Source of the DNA: Candidatus Thorarchaeota archaeon
GTDB taxonomy: Archaea; Asgardarchaeota; Thorarchaeia; Thorarchaeales; Thorarchaeaceae
NCBI GenBank assembly: GCA_019057475.1
Contig: DXJO01000006.1
Location: forward strand, 96,001-160,000
DNA length: 64,000 nt
Reading direction: 5' to 3'
The position numbers and the translations under genes are program-made. Below the pieces are notes generated by a model, which saw only the letters and a list, made by a program, of their open reading frames with translations, ran no database searches and was not told the DNA's origin. The first letter of the stretch is position 1, and the number at the start of each line of letters is the position of its first letter. Shown here one piece after another: positions 19,471 to 29,667 of this stretch.

Positions 19471-20121
19471 ATGGGAACCAAAAAAATCCTTGAGATTCTC
19501 AAGCAAACCATTATTGATGGAAACCGAAAGGCCACTCCTGCGCTCGCGCAGAAGGCAATTGATATGGAAGTCCCCCCCTATACCATTGTGACAGATGCAT
19601 GCTCACCGGCAATGGCTGAGGTTGGAGAGCTCTATCAGCAAGGTGAGTACTTCGTCCCTGAGATTCTAATGTCAGCCAAGGCATTTGAGTCTGCAATGGC
19701 CATTATTGAACCACTTCTCAAGAGCAAGAAGTTGGAGCTCGCTGGCACCGTAGTCCTTGGAGTCTGCGAGGGTGACATACACTCAATCGGAAAGAACTTG
19801 GTTGCCACCATGTTGGAGGCGGGCGGGTTCAACGTCATCGACTTGGGTACAGATGTACCCGCGAAGAAGTTCATCGCAACCGCCATCAAGAGCAACGCTG
19901 ACATTATTGGGGTTTCTGCTCTGATGACCACATCGATGATTGGTATGAAAGACATCGTACATATGGTGAAAGAAGAAGGACTGGGCGTGAAAGTCATGGT
20001 GGGTGGAGGACCAGTCAACCAAGAGTACGCAGATTCGATTGGGGCAAATGCATACGGTCGGGATGCGATGGATGCCGTAAGAGTGGCGAGGAATCTCATG
20101 GAAGACATAAGGGGGTCGTAA
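19471..20121 (+). CDS. Corrinoid (cobalamin-binding) methyltransferase cognate protein, MtbC/MttC-like
   Basis: Cap domain EYFVPE, GDIHSIGKNLV (DxHxxG), SALMTT, VMVGGGP. Confidence 0.92.
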   Translation: MGTKKILEILKQTIIDGNRKATPALAQKAIDMEVPPYTIVTDACSPAMAEVGELYQQGEYFVPEILMSAKAFESAMAIIEPLLKSKKLELAGTVVLGVCEGDIHSIGKNLVATMLEAGGFNVIDLGTDVPAKKFIATAIKSNADIIGVSALMTTSMIGMKDIVHMVKEEGLGVKVMVGGGPVNQEYADSIGANAYGRDAMDAVRVARNLMEDIRGS

Positions 20122-20125
20122 GTCT

Positions 20126-21145
20126 ATGCAATCTGGCAAGGAACTCATTGACACTGCTTTGTATGGCGGCATTCCCGAGAGGATTCCAGTATCCATAGTA
20201 TCAACAGCTTGGATCTTCAATAACTACGGCCAGGACTTGGCATTGGTTGATCGCGACGGAGAGCAGATGGCAAAATCCTGGCTCGCGTTCAATAGGGACT
20301 TCGGAGCGGACTCCGTGTGCCCAATGCTTAGCCCTATGCTTATCCCCGAATATTATGGATCTGAACTGAGAATACCGCAAGGCGGTTTTCCGCTTCTCGT
20401 CAAGCCGGCAATTCAGGAGCCAGCGGATCTTGACAAACTTGAAGCGTTTGATCCAGCTGGAGCGCCTCGAGTTGCGGCCGCTGTCGATTGTGTGAAAAGA
20501 CTAGTCAAGGAGATAGGTTCGACCACATTCATCTGGTTGGTGTGCATAGGGCCCATTTCAACCCTCTCCCGCCTAATGGACACTCAGCTAATCATGGAGT
20601 GTCTTGTGGAGGACCCCGGGTTTATTGAGCGTGCTTTCGAGTTCAGCGTTGAGGTTTTCAAAACAACAATGGAGCCTCTCATTGAAAGCGGCGTAGATGC
20701 AATTGATTTTTCTGACCCCGTCGCGTCTCCTGATATGGTTTCGCCACGAATGTACAAACGATTCTTCTGGAAACATGACAGAGAGGTCGCGAAATGGATT
20801 CAATCCAAAGGTGTTCATGCCATCTACCACATCTGTGGAGATGTACTTAGAATAATCGAGGAGATGCAAAACACAACAGCAAGGGGGTTGAGTGTTGACG
20901 CGCCATTAGACCTTGCACAGGCAAGAGATAGGGTTCCTGACGCAACACTGATTGGAAATGTGGACCCAGCTAACATCATCATGAATGGCACACCCGCTAC
21001 AGTGACAGCCGCTTGCGAGGCGGCAATGATACAGGGTGGATCTAATGGTAGGTTCATCTTGGCTCCAGGCTGCGATGTGCCGCCAACATCTCCATCTCGG
21101 AATATCGATGCGATGATTCGTGCAGCCAGGCAATTCAGACACTAA
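20126..21145 (+). CDS. URO-D superfamily MtaA/CmuA-like corrinoid methyltransferase
   Basis: HICG, GNVDP, APGCDVP; 4 nt after the corrinoid gene. Confidence 0.85.
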   Translation: MQSGKELIDTALYGGIPERIPVSIVSTAWIFNNYGQDLALVDRDGEQMAKSWLAFNRDFGADSVCPMLSPMLIPEYYGSELRIPQGGFPLLVKPAIQEPADLDKLEAFDPAGAPRVAAAVDCVKRLVKEIGSTTFIWLVCIGPISTLSRLMDTQLIMECLVEDPGFIERAFEFSVEVFKTTMEPLIESGVDAIDFSDPVASPDMVSPRMYKRFFWKHDREVAKWIQSKGVHAIYHICGDVLRIIEEMQNTTARGLSVDAPLDLAQARDRVPDATLIGNVDPANIIMNGTPATVTAACEAAMIQGGSNGRFILAPGCDVPPTSPSRNIDAMIRAARQFRH

Positions 21146-21371
21146 TCCAATCCAGTTTCAGTGTTTGAATGGGTTCTTGGACCGATGCATCACTTCTAGC
21201 ATTCGCTAGTAGTTGTATGTGATTGATTATGTGCCATTGTCGTCCCTACGTCACCTAATCTCTCCTCTTGCACAATCAAAGATAACAGCCAGGATTGAAG
21301 TCGATGCCGCTATTACGATCGCCATAATTGCACGCAGCATACTGAAGCTCCAGCCTAGTTTTCCGGCTGTT

Positions 21372-23408
21372 CTATACGGCTCTTCTTCTTCTTGTGAAGT
21401 CGACAACCACGAATACTATCATGATGACTGCGGCGCCGTAGAGAGCGATACTTGTGACATCACCCAGCGGGATATTAAAGAACCCCCATCCTGAGGGGCT
21501 TGGGTCCAGGTATACAAGCAATCGGATGTCTAGGTTATAGTAGTCCGGGTTGTCCACGTTGACTGAGGAATCTGCCATGTAGATGCGACCACTTGAATCG
21601 CAATCCATAAGGCCCGGATAGAACCCGTAGGAAATAGGATAGGTGTCGTCTGACATGGTTCTATTCCATATCTGGCTCCCGTATATATCGTACTTGGCAA
21701 GGTAATGTGTGATTCCCCCACTGGAGTGCGTATAGAACCAGAAGTATGCATTGCCGTCTGCAGTAGTCGTCAGAGCTCCCGGAACAACATGTTCCTCCCA
21801 CATATCACCGAATGAAATCTCAAGAGATATGTTGGTGATTGGCTCCCTGTTAGTTTGCCAAACAACAAGACGGGGTTCCCTTGGCTCGACAGGTAATTCG
21901 TACATCGACGGCGTCTGCACTGCATAAGCGTACCCATTCGGAGCAACGCTCATGCACATGAAAGTGCCATTCTTGAACCATATGATATTGCCATCGCTGT
22001 CCCATTTTGTTATCTGATTGAGTGTAGATGTGTAGACATAACCATCGCTCGTGATTCCAATTGTCTGTCCAAGCATCCAGAAGGAGTCCTTGATGGAAAC
22101 ATTCCATATCATCTCTAGGTTGGAATCGAACTTGCCGAGATAAGTTTCTAGGGTAAGCGGATCGTTTTCATCCTGAACTATGTACGCAACATATAGTGAC
22201 CCATCTGGTCCTGTGTCTGCGCCAATGGCAGCATCAAGAGTCCCGAAATTATATGTACGTTCGAGATTCTTATTTCCATACAAATCCCATTTTATAAGGA
22301 CCGTGTTAGGTTCGAACGGGAATGTAGTGTTTCTGAAGCTGTATCCTACGGTGTACACATAGTTGCCATATGTCGCCACATCGAAGCCAAACATCATTAC
22401 CGAATCATTACCTGCTGTCCGCGCCCAAGAAACATTTGCCTGAGAATCCCACTTCACCAAGAGAAGATTAGGGTCGCTCGTCAAGTACGGGTCATCCACG
22501 GATGAATCTGTACCTACAGTATAGATTGCTCCATCAGGGCTGACATCTATTCCGATGACCTGTTCGTTTCGATCTGTTCTACCCCATGTCTTGTTTTCCA
22601 GCGGCTGAATCATTTCGTCAGGTAAGGTTTCTTTGAGGAGCACCCAAGCATCGAAGTGGGTGACCATTAGGGTCACGGAACCATCATAAGTCAGCCACGG
22701 AGTACCGCCGTAGTAGTTCACGAAGGTATCAGTTGGAGCAAGTCCTATCGCAAAAGTCAACTCATCGCTTGGGTCCTCTTGGTGCCCCGCATCGTTCTCA
22801 ATCATTCCACCCCATGCGTTGTAGATGTCAAAGCCAAAAAGCGAGATGTTATGTGAACCGATATGACCGTTCACGTACGGTGGATATGACCCATAGATTT
22901 CTTCCCAATCACCCGACGAGTCAATAAGCCAAACATAGACACGAAACATGAGCTCACTTGCGTAGAAGTCCCCAGTCCTAACGATACCGTAGTCAATGGT
23001 GATATCAACATCTGATGGCAGGACGTTGTACTCCCATTCAACTGTCTGCTTGAAGTAGACGAACTCCATAGTATCAGGCATTTCTGAATTATAGGGACTT
23101 CGAGTGTGTATCTCGGTTCCTGAATCGTGATTCCATGTGAGGTTCAGATACCCATGGTTACCTCCAGCGTAGCCGTACTCGTAACCGAACTCGTTTGTGC
23201 CGCCCATTTCAACAACATCATTGGAGGAATCCAATAGGGGCCCCTCAATGAGTTCAAAGTACTCATATCCTGCCAGACTCACATTGTTTCCCATTGGAGC
23301 TGACAGAAACAAGGGAGCGGCAACAGATGTCACTGATAGCAATACACAGATAGTTAGCGCATACATTGTTGCGATTTTCCTGAAACTCAAATGCTTTCCT
23401 CCACCCAA
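21372..23408 (-). CDS. Secreted, C-terminally anchored beta-propeller surface protein
   Basis: Signal peptide; repeated LVKWD..G/LxW blades; C-terminal TM helix plus RRRR. Confidence 0.65.
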   Translation of the reverse strand: MGGGKHLSFRKIATMYALTICVLLSVTSVAAPLFLSAPMGNNVSLAGYEYFELIEGPLLDSSNDVVEMGGTNEFGYEYGYAGGNHGYLNLTWNHDSGTEIHTRSPYNSEMPDTMEFVYFKQTVEWEYNVLPSDVDITIDYGIVRTGDFYASELMFRVYVWLIDSSGDWEEIYGSYPPYVNGHIGSHNISLFGFDIYNAWGGMIENDAGHQEDPSDELTFAIGLAPTDTFVNYYGGTPWLTYDGSVTLMVTHFDAWVLLKETLPDEMIQPLENKTWGRTDRNEQVIGIDVSPDGAIYTVGTDSSVDDPYLTSDPNLLLVKWDSQANVSWARTAGNDSVMMFGFDVATYGNYVYTVGYSFRNTTFPFEPNTVLIKWDLYGNKNLERTYNFGTLDAAIGADTGPDGSLYVAYIVQDENDPLTLETYLGKFDSNLEMIWNVSIKDSFWMLGQTIGITSDGYVYTSTLNQITKWDSDGNIIWFKNGTFMCMSVAPNGYAYAVQTPSMYELPVEPREPRLVVWQTNREPITNISLEISFGDMWEEHVVPGALTTTADGNAYFWFYTHSSGGITHYLAKYDIYGSQIWNRTMSDDTYPISYGFYPGLMDCDSSGRIYMADSSVNVDNPDYYNLDIRLLVYLDPSPSGWGFFNIPLGDVTSIALYGAAVIMIVFVVVDFTRRRRAV

Positions 23409-23483
23409 GCGAGAACCTCCCGCTGAATCACAGGTATACTAGCGCGCGAATCCAGATATTTCTTTGGCTTCACGTACTCATGC

Positions 23484-25427
23484 CTAAGTACGAAACCGGA
23501 GTCCTTTTCGTCGTCGTACGACATCACAGACCACAAGCACTGCGATAACGGAAAATGCTATGACCAAACCTGTCTCAGGCAGATTGAATGGGTCCACTGG
23601 ATAGTCTGAATCGAAATACACAAACATTCGAAGGCTGAGGTCTTCAGATTCGATATCGTACTGGCTTCCTATGATATGGATCAGTCCATTTCGACCTGGG
23701 ACCATCTTCCATCTAGGGTAGTAAACCGATTCATTGCTAAGTGGAGCAAGGCTCTTGTTCCACAGCTGTATGCCTGAGCTGTTGTATTTCGCAAGTCTAA
23801 ACCCTTGCTCGTCTTGGGGTATTCGAAAGAACATGTATAAGGAGCCGTCTGTCGCAATTTCCATGGAATGCAGCAAAATAGGCTCAGACCAAGTTTCTGT
23901 ATAGTGAATATCAATGGATTGATTCCAAAGAACAGTCCCATCCGAGTCACGTTTTACGAGATACATGTGTGGAACAAAGGAGCCATAGTACCATTCGCTG
24001 TATGTTGCTTCCGCGGTGTAAATTGAACCGTTTGGTGAAAGACATAGGTCGTAGAACAATCCTGTCTTATTCCACAAAAGATTGGCATCTTGGTCCCATT
24101 TTATGAAACTGTAGCGGCCTAACGCGTAGACATCACCCTCCTCAGACACCTCTAGCGAAGTGGATGCGAATGAATCTGTTCCCAAAGTTACTTCCCAAAT
24201 TACCGTACCTTCGTGGTTGATTTTAATCAGGTGTTCCGTTATCCCGCCCGAGCTCTCCCAAACGTATCCATAATGCCTGTAACCTGTAAGATAGATGGAA
24301 TCATCGTTGGCGATTTCAAGGTCGATTACCCAACTGAGGTCCAAGCTCAACTCCTTGGCTAATGTTAGTGCTCCATCTGAGCTCCACCTAAGTAGAATCG
24401 GGCTCATGTTACCTGGGCTTGAATCGTACATACCAATAGCGTACACGTTGTCACCGTAGACATCAATGGCGACACCATGGATTGTACATGAGCTATTCGT
24501 TTTGAAGGCCCATAGCACATCTGCGCGTTCATTCCATCGAATTAGAATTGTCCCATATGACACAGAGCCGGACTCTCTGGATAAGGAATATACTGTGCCA
24601 TCACCTGCATCCTCCACATCTACAAAAAACTCATAGCTGTTCCGAGATGTGTACCCAGCGTGTACAGGCTCAATCTCTTCAACAGCTGCCGGCCCACCGC
24701 GCAATGCCTTTACGCTAATGCCCTCAACTGTCATTGTCACGATGCCTGTGTAGCTGCTCCACGGCTCTGACCCAGTAGAAGGCTCAATGCATCGACGGCT
24801 GGGCGCGAATCCAATTGCCAGACGTATGTCGTTGAGAGGGTATTCCAGGTCAGACCATGCACTGTCTATAGTGTGTTCCCATAGGTTAATGAGAAATGAT
24901 TGAGGCGTTCCATTGATAGACGGTAACCAAGAGTAATAAATTGGTATCCAGTTTTGCGGAGTTATCAAGTAGACGAATGCCCTGAACTTGTCCCACCCTG
25001 ACTCATCCGTTTTGAATGTACCTGTTACATCAAACCCATACTCCATGATTACTTTGACTCTATACGGAGGGGAGCTACTCTCCCAAAGCAAAGGTTGGAA
25101 GAAATAGATGAAATCGTCACAGTCAATGAACTCGACGTCTGGAAACGCTGGAAAATCCAATTGAGTTCCCGCAGTATGATTCCAGATGAGAAGCGCTCTC
25201 CCGTCCTCACCGTCGGTGTCGTAGCTATGTGAGAATTCGCCTGATTCTCCGACGACTACAATCTCAGGTGGGTTGGCAATGTCTGGATCTATCACTAGTT
25301 CTTGTGACTCGAATTCCGCGAGCGCCTTGGCTCCTGAAGAAGCGTTAGTCAAGAGGGAGTCTTGAAGCGGATGAGCTCCGGAGAGGGATGCAAGTAGAAT
25401 GAATGTGATCGCAATTGTGCATATCAA
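23484..25427 (-). CDS. Secreted, C-terminally anchored beta-propeller surface protein (paralog of the neighbour)
   Basis: Same architecture; shared WNHxxGT and FxYFxQ motifs. Confidence 0.65.
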   Translation of the reverse strand: MICTIAITFILLASLSGAHPLQDSLLTNASSGAKALAEFESQELVIDPDIANPPEIVVVGESGEFSHSYDTDGEDGRALLIWNHTAGTQLDFPAFPDVEFIDCDDFIYFFQPLLWESSSPPYRVKVIMEYGFDVTGTFKTDESGWDKFRAFVYLITPQNWIPIYYSWLPSINGTPQSFLINLWEHTIDSAWSDLEYPLNDIRLAIGFAPSRRCIEPSTGSEPWSSYTGIVTMTVEGISVKALRGGPAAVEEIEPVHAGYTSRNSYEFFVDVEDAGDGTVYSLSRESGSVSYGTILIRWNERADVLWAFKTNSSCTIHGVAIDVYGDNVYAIGMYDSSPGNMSPILLRWSSDGALTLAKELSLDLSWVIDLEIANDDSIYLTGYRHYGYVWESSGGITEHLIKINHEGTVIWEVTLGTDSFASTSLEVSEEGDVYALGRYSFIKWDQDANLLWNKTGLFYDLCLSPNGSIYTAEATYSEWYYGSFVPHMYLVKRDSDGTVLWNQSIDIHYTETWSEPILLHSMEIATDGSLYMFFRIPQDEQGFRLAKYNSSGIQLWNKSLAPLSNESVYYPRWKMVPGRNGLIHIIGSQYDIESEDLSLRMFVYFDSDYPVDPFNLPETGLVIAFSVIAVLVVCDVVRRRKGLRFRT

Positions 25428-25614
25428 GGGTGTCCTCCTATTACGCAGTTCTAGTACCTCCCCATTTCAGCGAGATTGTTACCCCTTTGGATAGATGAAA
25501 TAGGTCGCAAAACCAGATATCTCTTGGGTTTCACGCGGAGATCGTGGTTTCATTGCAATAATGAACCTTCTAACCATAATTCTCAATTCCTCAAGGGATT
25601 TTGGTATCTCATTA

Positions 25615-26802
25615 TCAAAGATTCGTAGCAAATCCCTTGCCAAAATCAATGCATCTCTCAAAGGATTCTCTATCGGGATTCCAGAGTTCGCGGAGTCCGT
25701 CCCCTATGATTTTAAAGCCGCTTTCCTTTAGCAGTTCAGTGATCATTTTCACTCCTTCTCCAGACCAACCATAGGAACCAAAAGATGCAGCAGATTTTCC
25801 TTTAAAACGAAGGCCTCGAATCTCCTCAAGAATTCCCGCTACTGAAGATAGTATCCCGTTGTTGATGGTAGAGGAGCCAACAAGAATCGCTTTAGACTTG
25901 AAGACCTCCTTGATGATATCGTTTTTGTCAGCTCTGGCAGAGCTGAATAGTTTAACAACTATCTTTTCATCAGCAGATTTAATCCCTTCAGCTATGCTTT
26001 CGGCCATTCTTCTAGTACTATTCCACATGGTATCATAGATAATTGTGATTTGATTCTCTTGATAATCACCAGCCCACTCGACGTACTTGTTGACGATTTG
26101 TAGTGGATCGTTTCGCCATATCACGCCATGACTAGTACAGATAAAGTCCACAGGAAGCTTGAGTCCAACGACCTCCTCGATTTTTTTAATCACTTGTTTG
26201 CTGAAGGGCGTTAGAATATTGGCATAGTATTTGATACATTCATCATAGAGCTCATACTGGTCAACCAAGTCATTGTACATGGCTTCCGAGGCATAATGTT
26301 GACCAAAAGCGTCGTTAGAGAAGAGGATGTTATCTCCAGTCAGATAACAAAACATGTTATCAGGCCAATGAAGCATGGGCGCACTCACAAAAACAAGCTC
26401 TCGCGAACCAAGACTTAGCTTGTCGCCTGTCTTGACCAATCGAAAGTCCCAATCCTTGTGATAGTACCCCCTGAGAAACTTCTCTGCTTGTGCTGTACAA
26501 TAGATGGGTGTGTCCGGAATTACATCCATTAGTGCTGGCAATGCACCACTGTGATCCGGCTCGGAATGATTGGCAATTATGAAATCTATCTCATCCAGCG
26601 GAACAACATCAGAGAGTCCGTCGACGAACTCCTTGCTAAAAGGTGTCCAAACTGTATCAATCAAAGCTGTGTGGGTATCCTTAACCAAATAGGAATTATA
26701 AGTTGTGCCTTTATGGGCAGAGTATTCTTCACCATGAAACTTTCGAAGTTCCCAGTCTACCTTGCCTACCCAAAAGACGTTGTTTCTGATTTCAAAATTC
26801 AT
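25615..26802 (-). CDS. fprA: Flavodiiron protein (FprA/NorV-type O2/NO reductase)
   Basis: GTTYNSYL, NHSEPDHSG, LHWPD, SNDAFGQH, flavodoxin domain YDTMWNST...FGSYGWSG. Confidence 0.9.
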   Translation of the reverse strand: MNFEIRNNVFWVGKVDWELRKFHGEEYSAHKGTTYNSYLVKDTHTALIDTVWTPFSKEFVDGLSDVVPLDEIDFIIANHSEPDHSGALPALMDVIPDTPIYCTAQAEKFLRGYYHKDWDFRLVKTGDKLSLGSRELVFVSAPMLHWPDNMFCYLTGDNILFSNDAFGQHYASEAMYNDLVDQYELYDECIKYYANILTPFSKQVIKKIEEVVGLKLPVDFICTSHGVIWRNDPLQIVNKYVEWAGDYQENQITIIYDTMWNSTRRMAESIAEGIKSADEKIVVKLFSSARADKNDIIKEVFKSKAILVGSSTINNGILSSVAGILEEIRGLRFKGKSAASFGSYGWSGEGVKMITELLKESGFKIIGDGLRELWNPDRESFERCIDFGKGFATNL

Positions 26803-26955
26803 TCCACGTACCCCTTCTATTGCTCTGTTCGACTGCTCTAGGCTTCTTTCTACATCCCTGCTAATAGTTCTATTGAATTGGATGAGTACAAGGAGTACAG
26901 AGAGATGCAATAGCAAGCATCTTAATATGGCAGATAATCAGTATCTCGCCCTGAG

Positions 26956-27360
26956 GTGTCTGAACTGGGAACAATAGATCATGTTGCCTCTCTACTAGAA
27001 TCACTTGACATCAAATTCACTCGTGAAGAAAATGTGCTAATGATGCGTTGGAGCACGGAGCACATCAAGAACCTCAAGGTCAGGATTGCCACCAACGAAG
27101 ATGAATCGTGGGTCTATATCGTTTATCCCTTTGCCAACTACAACGACGTAGATGAAAGCAAACGAGCGAAGCTAGCTTACGACATGCTTAGGGCTTCGTG
27201 GGAGGCCAATGGAGTCAAGTTCGCGATAGATGACGACGACGATATCATCCTCCTCGCCGAAACAAATGATACCGACCTGAAAGCGGAAGAGATGAAGACG
27301 CTTATTGGGCACCTTGTGCACGCCTGTGATACCCTCTGGGAAATATACCCTCGACACTAA
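26956..27360 (+). CDS. YbjN/type III chaperone-fold protein
   Basis: Acidic 134 aa with LRASW..GVKFAIDDDDDIIL pattern. Confidence 0.55.
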   Translation: MSELGTIDHVASLLESLDIKFTREENVLMMRWSTEHIKNLKVRIATNEDESWVYIVYPFANYNDVDESKRAKLAYDMLRASWEANGVKFAIDDDDDIILLAETNDTDLKAEEMKTLIGHLVHACDTLWEIYPRH

Positions 27361-27391
27361 ATAGAAGGCCAGAACTAAAACTCAAAGCAGA

Positions 27392-27943
27392 GTGGGACAA
27401 ATGAGTAACTCCCCGATTGACTCTCCAGCGCCCCATAAAAAAAGGGAGCGACTGGTTGCCATTTATCATCCCAAGAGAGGTTCTACGATCTTCAACTATG
27501 TCTTTGGCTTCGTGGTCTTCATTTTTGGCCTTGGGTCAAACGTCATCGCTGCCGCAGGTTTCGTGGAGTTCGGCCTCGTATCTTGGACCCTTGGTCTATT
27601 CGCTTTGGCATTTGGGTTGGTTCTGGTTCTCTGGACGGAAACTCGACGGCGACATATTTTGTACATAGTGACCACATGGAACATAAGAATTCGGACTGGA
27701 TATGTCAACAAAAAGACTGCTCGAGTCTTTTATGATGAGATAACGGAAGTTGCAACGTCTAGTGAACCAGTAGAGGAAGCTATCAATCAGGGCGATGTCG
27801 TTGTGTATTCCGTGAAATCTAAGGATGAACCAGCTCTTATCTTCGAAGGGGTTCATAATCCTCATGGCATTCGAGAAGTGATACTTAGATTCGTGGCAAC
27901 AATCCCTGAGCCACCCCCCTGGTTACACGTTCCAAGAGACTAG
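27392..27943 (+). CDS. Two-TM protein with bacterial-type PH domain
   Basis: Two TM helices, then YIVTTWNIRIRTG...YDEI...GDV...FEGVHNP. Confidence 0.65.
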   Translation: MGQMSNSPIDSPAPHKKRERLVAIYHPKRGSTIFNYVFGFVVFIFGLGSNVIAAAGFVEFGLVSWTLGLFALAFGLVLVLWTETRRRHILYIVTTWNIRIRTGYVNKKTARVFYDEITEVATSSEPVEEAINQGDVVVYSVKSKDEPALIFEGVHNPHGIREVILRFVATIPEPPPWLHVPRD

Positions 27944-28070
27944 ATTTGTCGTAATTTGAAACGTATTGCAGGTTTTTATATCTGAAGAGAATACTATTCA
28001 TTATACCCTCTGAAGAGAGTATACAGAATAAGAATGCGTTTCCATAGATCTGCTAAGGAGAGTTTTAGCA

Positions 28071-28919
28071 ATGACTTTGGTCGAAATTACCTACACAACT
28101 CGTGACGGGGAATCGAAACAAGAGTCTGTGAATAGCGACTCGACTAGCATGAACCTAAGCGGCAAGGAAATCATTGAGATTGACCTTGCCCCACTCCAGA
28201 GCTGCAAGTCCCTTGTTGAACTCGATCTCTCTGCCAATTGGCTGAAGCGGGCAGAGTTAATGTCCTTAAGCTCCTTGGAGCACCTTGAGATTCTGAAGCT
28301 TGGTTCAAACGGCCTGATCACAATCGATTTAACCCCTCTCTCCGAGTGCTCCAACTTAACTCAGCTTCACCTTGAAGTTAATCAACTTCAGAGGGTCGAC
28401 ATCGCCCCACTAAGCAACTGCCAGAAGCTTGAGGAGCTGTATCTCAACTCTAACAACCTGCAGGACATCGATCTTACTCCACTGAGTGATTGTCCGAATC
28501 TGAGATTCCTTCGTCTTGACAACAACCAGCTTTACAACCTAGATCTCATGCCGTTGGGTTTCTGCATTCTACTCCAGGAATTGTTTCTTGAAAATAACCC
28601 CTTGGAGGATTTGGACCTTACGCATCTAGGCAATTGTACAGCCTTGGAAGGTCTTTGGCTACGTGGTACCTCTCTTCAGCACCTTGACTTGTCCCCGTTG
28701 TTTCCGTTAGAGGAGTTATTATGGCTTGATTTGAGTGAGAATGACATCTATCTCATTGACCTCTCTCCGCTCTACAATTTGAAGGGCCTCGAATCATTGA
28801 TGATTGATGACTCAATCGTCATTATGGTTAACCGAATTCTTGAAGACGATGAGCCTCCGAATTCCATGGCCCAATATATGGACCGCGTCTTCTATCCGAC
28901 TTACAAAGATTCCAGCTAA
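28071..28919 (+). CDS. Leucine-rich repeat protein (22-aa repeats)
   Basis: About 9 repeats of LxLxxNxLxxIDLxPLxxCxxL. Confidence 0.9.
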   Translation: MTLVEITYTTRDGESKQESVNSDSTSMNLSGKEIIEIDLAPLQSCKSLVELDLSANWLKRAELMSLSSLEHLEILKLGSNGLITIDLTPLSECSNLTQLHLEVNQLQRVDIAPLSNCQKLEELYLNSNNLQDIDLTPLSDCPNLRFLRLDNNQLYNLDLMPLGFCILLQELFLENNPLEDLDLTHLGNCTALEGLWLRGTSLQHLDLSPLFPLEELLWLDLSENDIYLIDLSPLYNLKGLESLMIDDSIVIMVNRILEDDEPPNSMAQYMDRVFYPTYKDSS

Positions 28920-28989
28920 CCGATTCTAACTTGGGAAGTACATCATATCTCCGCAATACATGCCCTAATTTGTTTACGCCCTTGAACCA

Positions 28990-29667
28990 TTGTCAGTGGT
29001 GTCAATGAGTACTCCTGAGGATATTGCCGCGAAACTAACTTTGAAGCTTGCCGGAGTTTTTCAGCAAGCTAGAAACCTCTGGGTTCGACGCATTGACTCT
29101 TATTTCTCTCAGTTGGAATCGCTAACTGATGGACAATGGCTGGACTCCTCGGACATTGCTGGGATTATCAAGGAATCAAAGCTCGCGTCGCGCGAGGCTC
29201 TCGACGGACTAAGCAACGACTTGAGTACTGAACTCATTCATGCATCCAATGGAATGCTGGTACGGCATGAGTCTGACCGAGTCATTCTCCTAAGCGAAAT
29301 TTCCAATCTTAAACTAAGCTTGGACAAGTATCTTTCCGGTGATGAAAAGGCCGCTCGGAGAGAAAACCAGAGCCTTCGAACTGCCCTCATGAAAATGCCG
29401 GAATTCCAGCTGCTGACTATTATTCAAAGCGAGCGTAGAGCATCATATGGCTGTCTTTCCGAATTGTCAGGAGCAAAGAAGGGCAAGGTGCGCAAGTTTG
29501 TTAAGGTCCTAGCAGAGAGCGGATTTTGCCATGTTGACAAGAAATCAAGGCCCCACGCAGTCATCTTTGATCTTGCCCCTTGGAATACGCGTGGTTCTCC
29601 TGGGCATCAGACATTTCGGTCTCAGAGTACTGTTTCGTTTCAGCAGGTACCACTTGGACATCTTTAG
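28990..29667 (+). CDS. Hypothetical helical protein with probable C-terminal winged helix
   Basis: ASYGCLSELSG..KGKVRKFVKVLAESGFCHVD. Confidence 0.45.
   Translation: MSVVSMSTPEDIAAKLTLKLAGVFQQARNLWVRRIDSYFSQLESLTDGQWLDSSDIAGIIKESKLASREALDGLSNDLSTELIHASNGMLVRHESDRVILLSEISNLKLSLDKYLSGDEKAARRENQSLRTALMKMPEFQLLTIIQSERRASYGCLSELSGAKKGKVRKFVKVLAESGFCHVDKKSRPHAVIFDLAPWNTRGSPGHQTFRSQSTVSFQQVPLGHL

Noticed and set aside
19127-19471. Cobalamin riboswitch between the ECF S and corrinoid genes
   Set aside because: No B12-box or GCCACUG/GGGAA elements; only a weak hairpin
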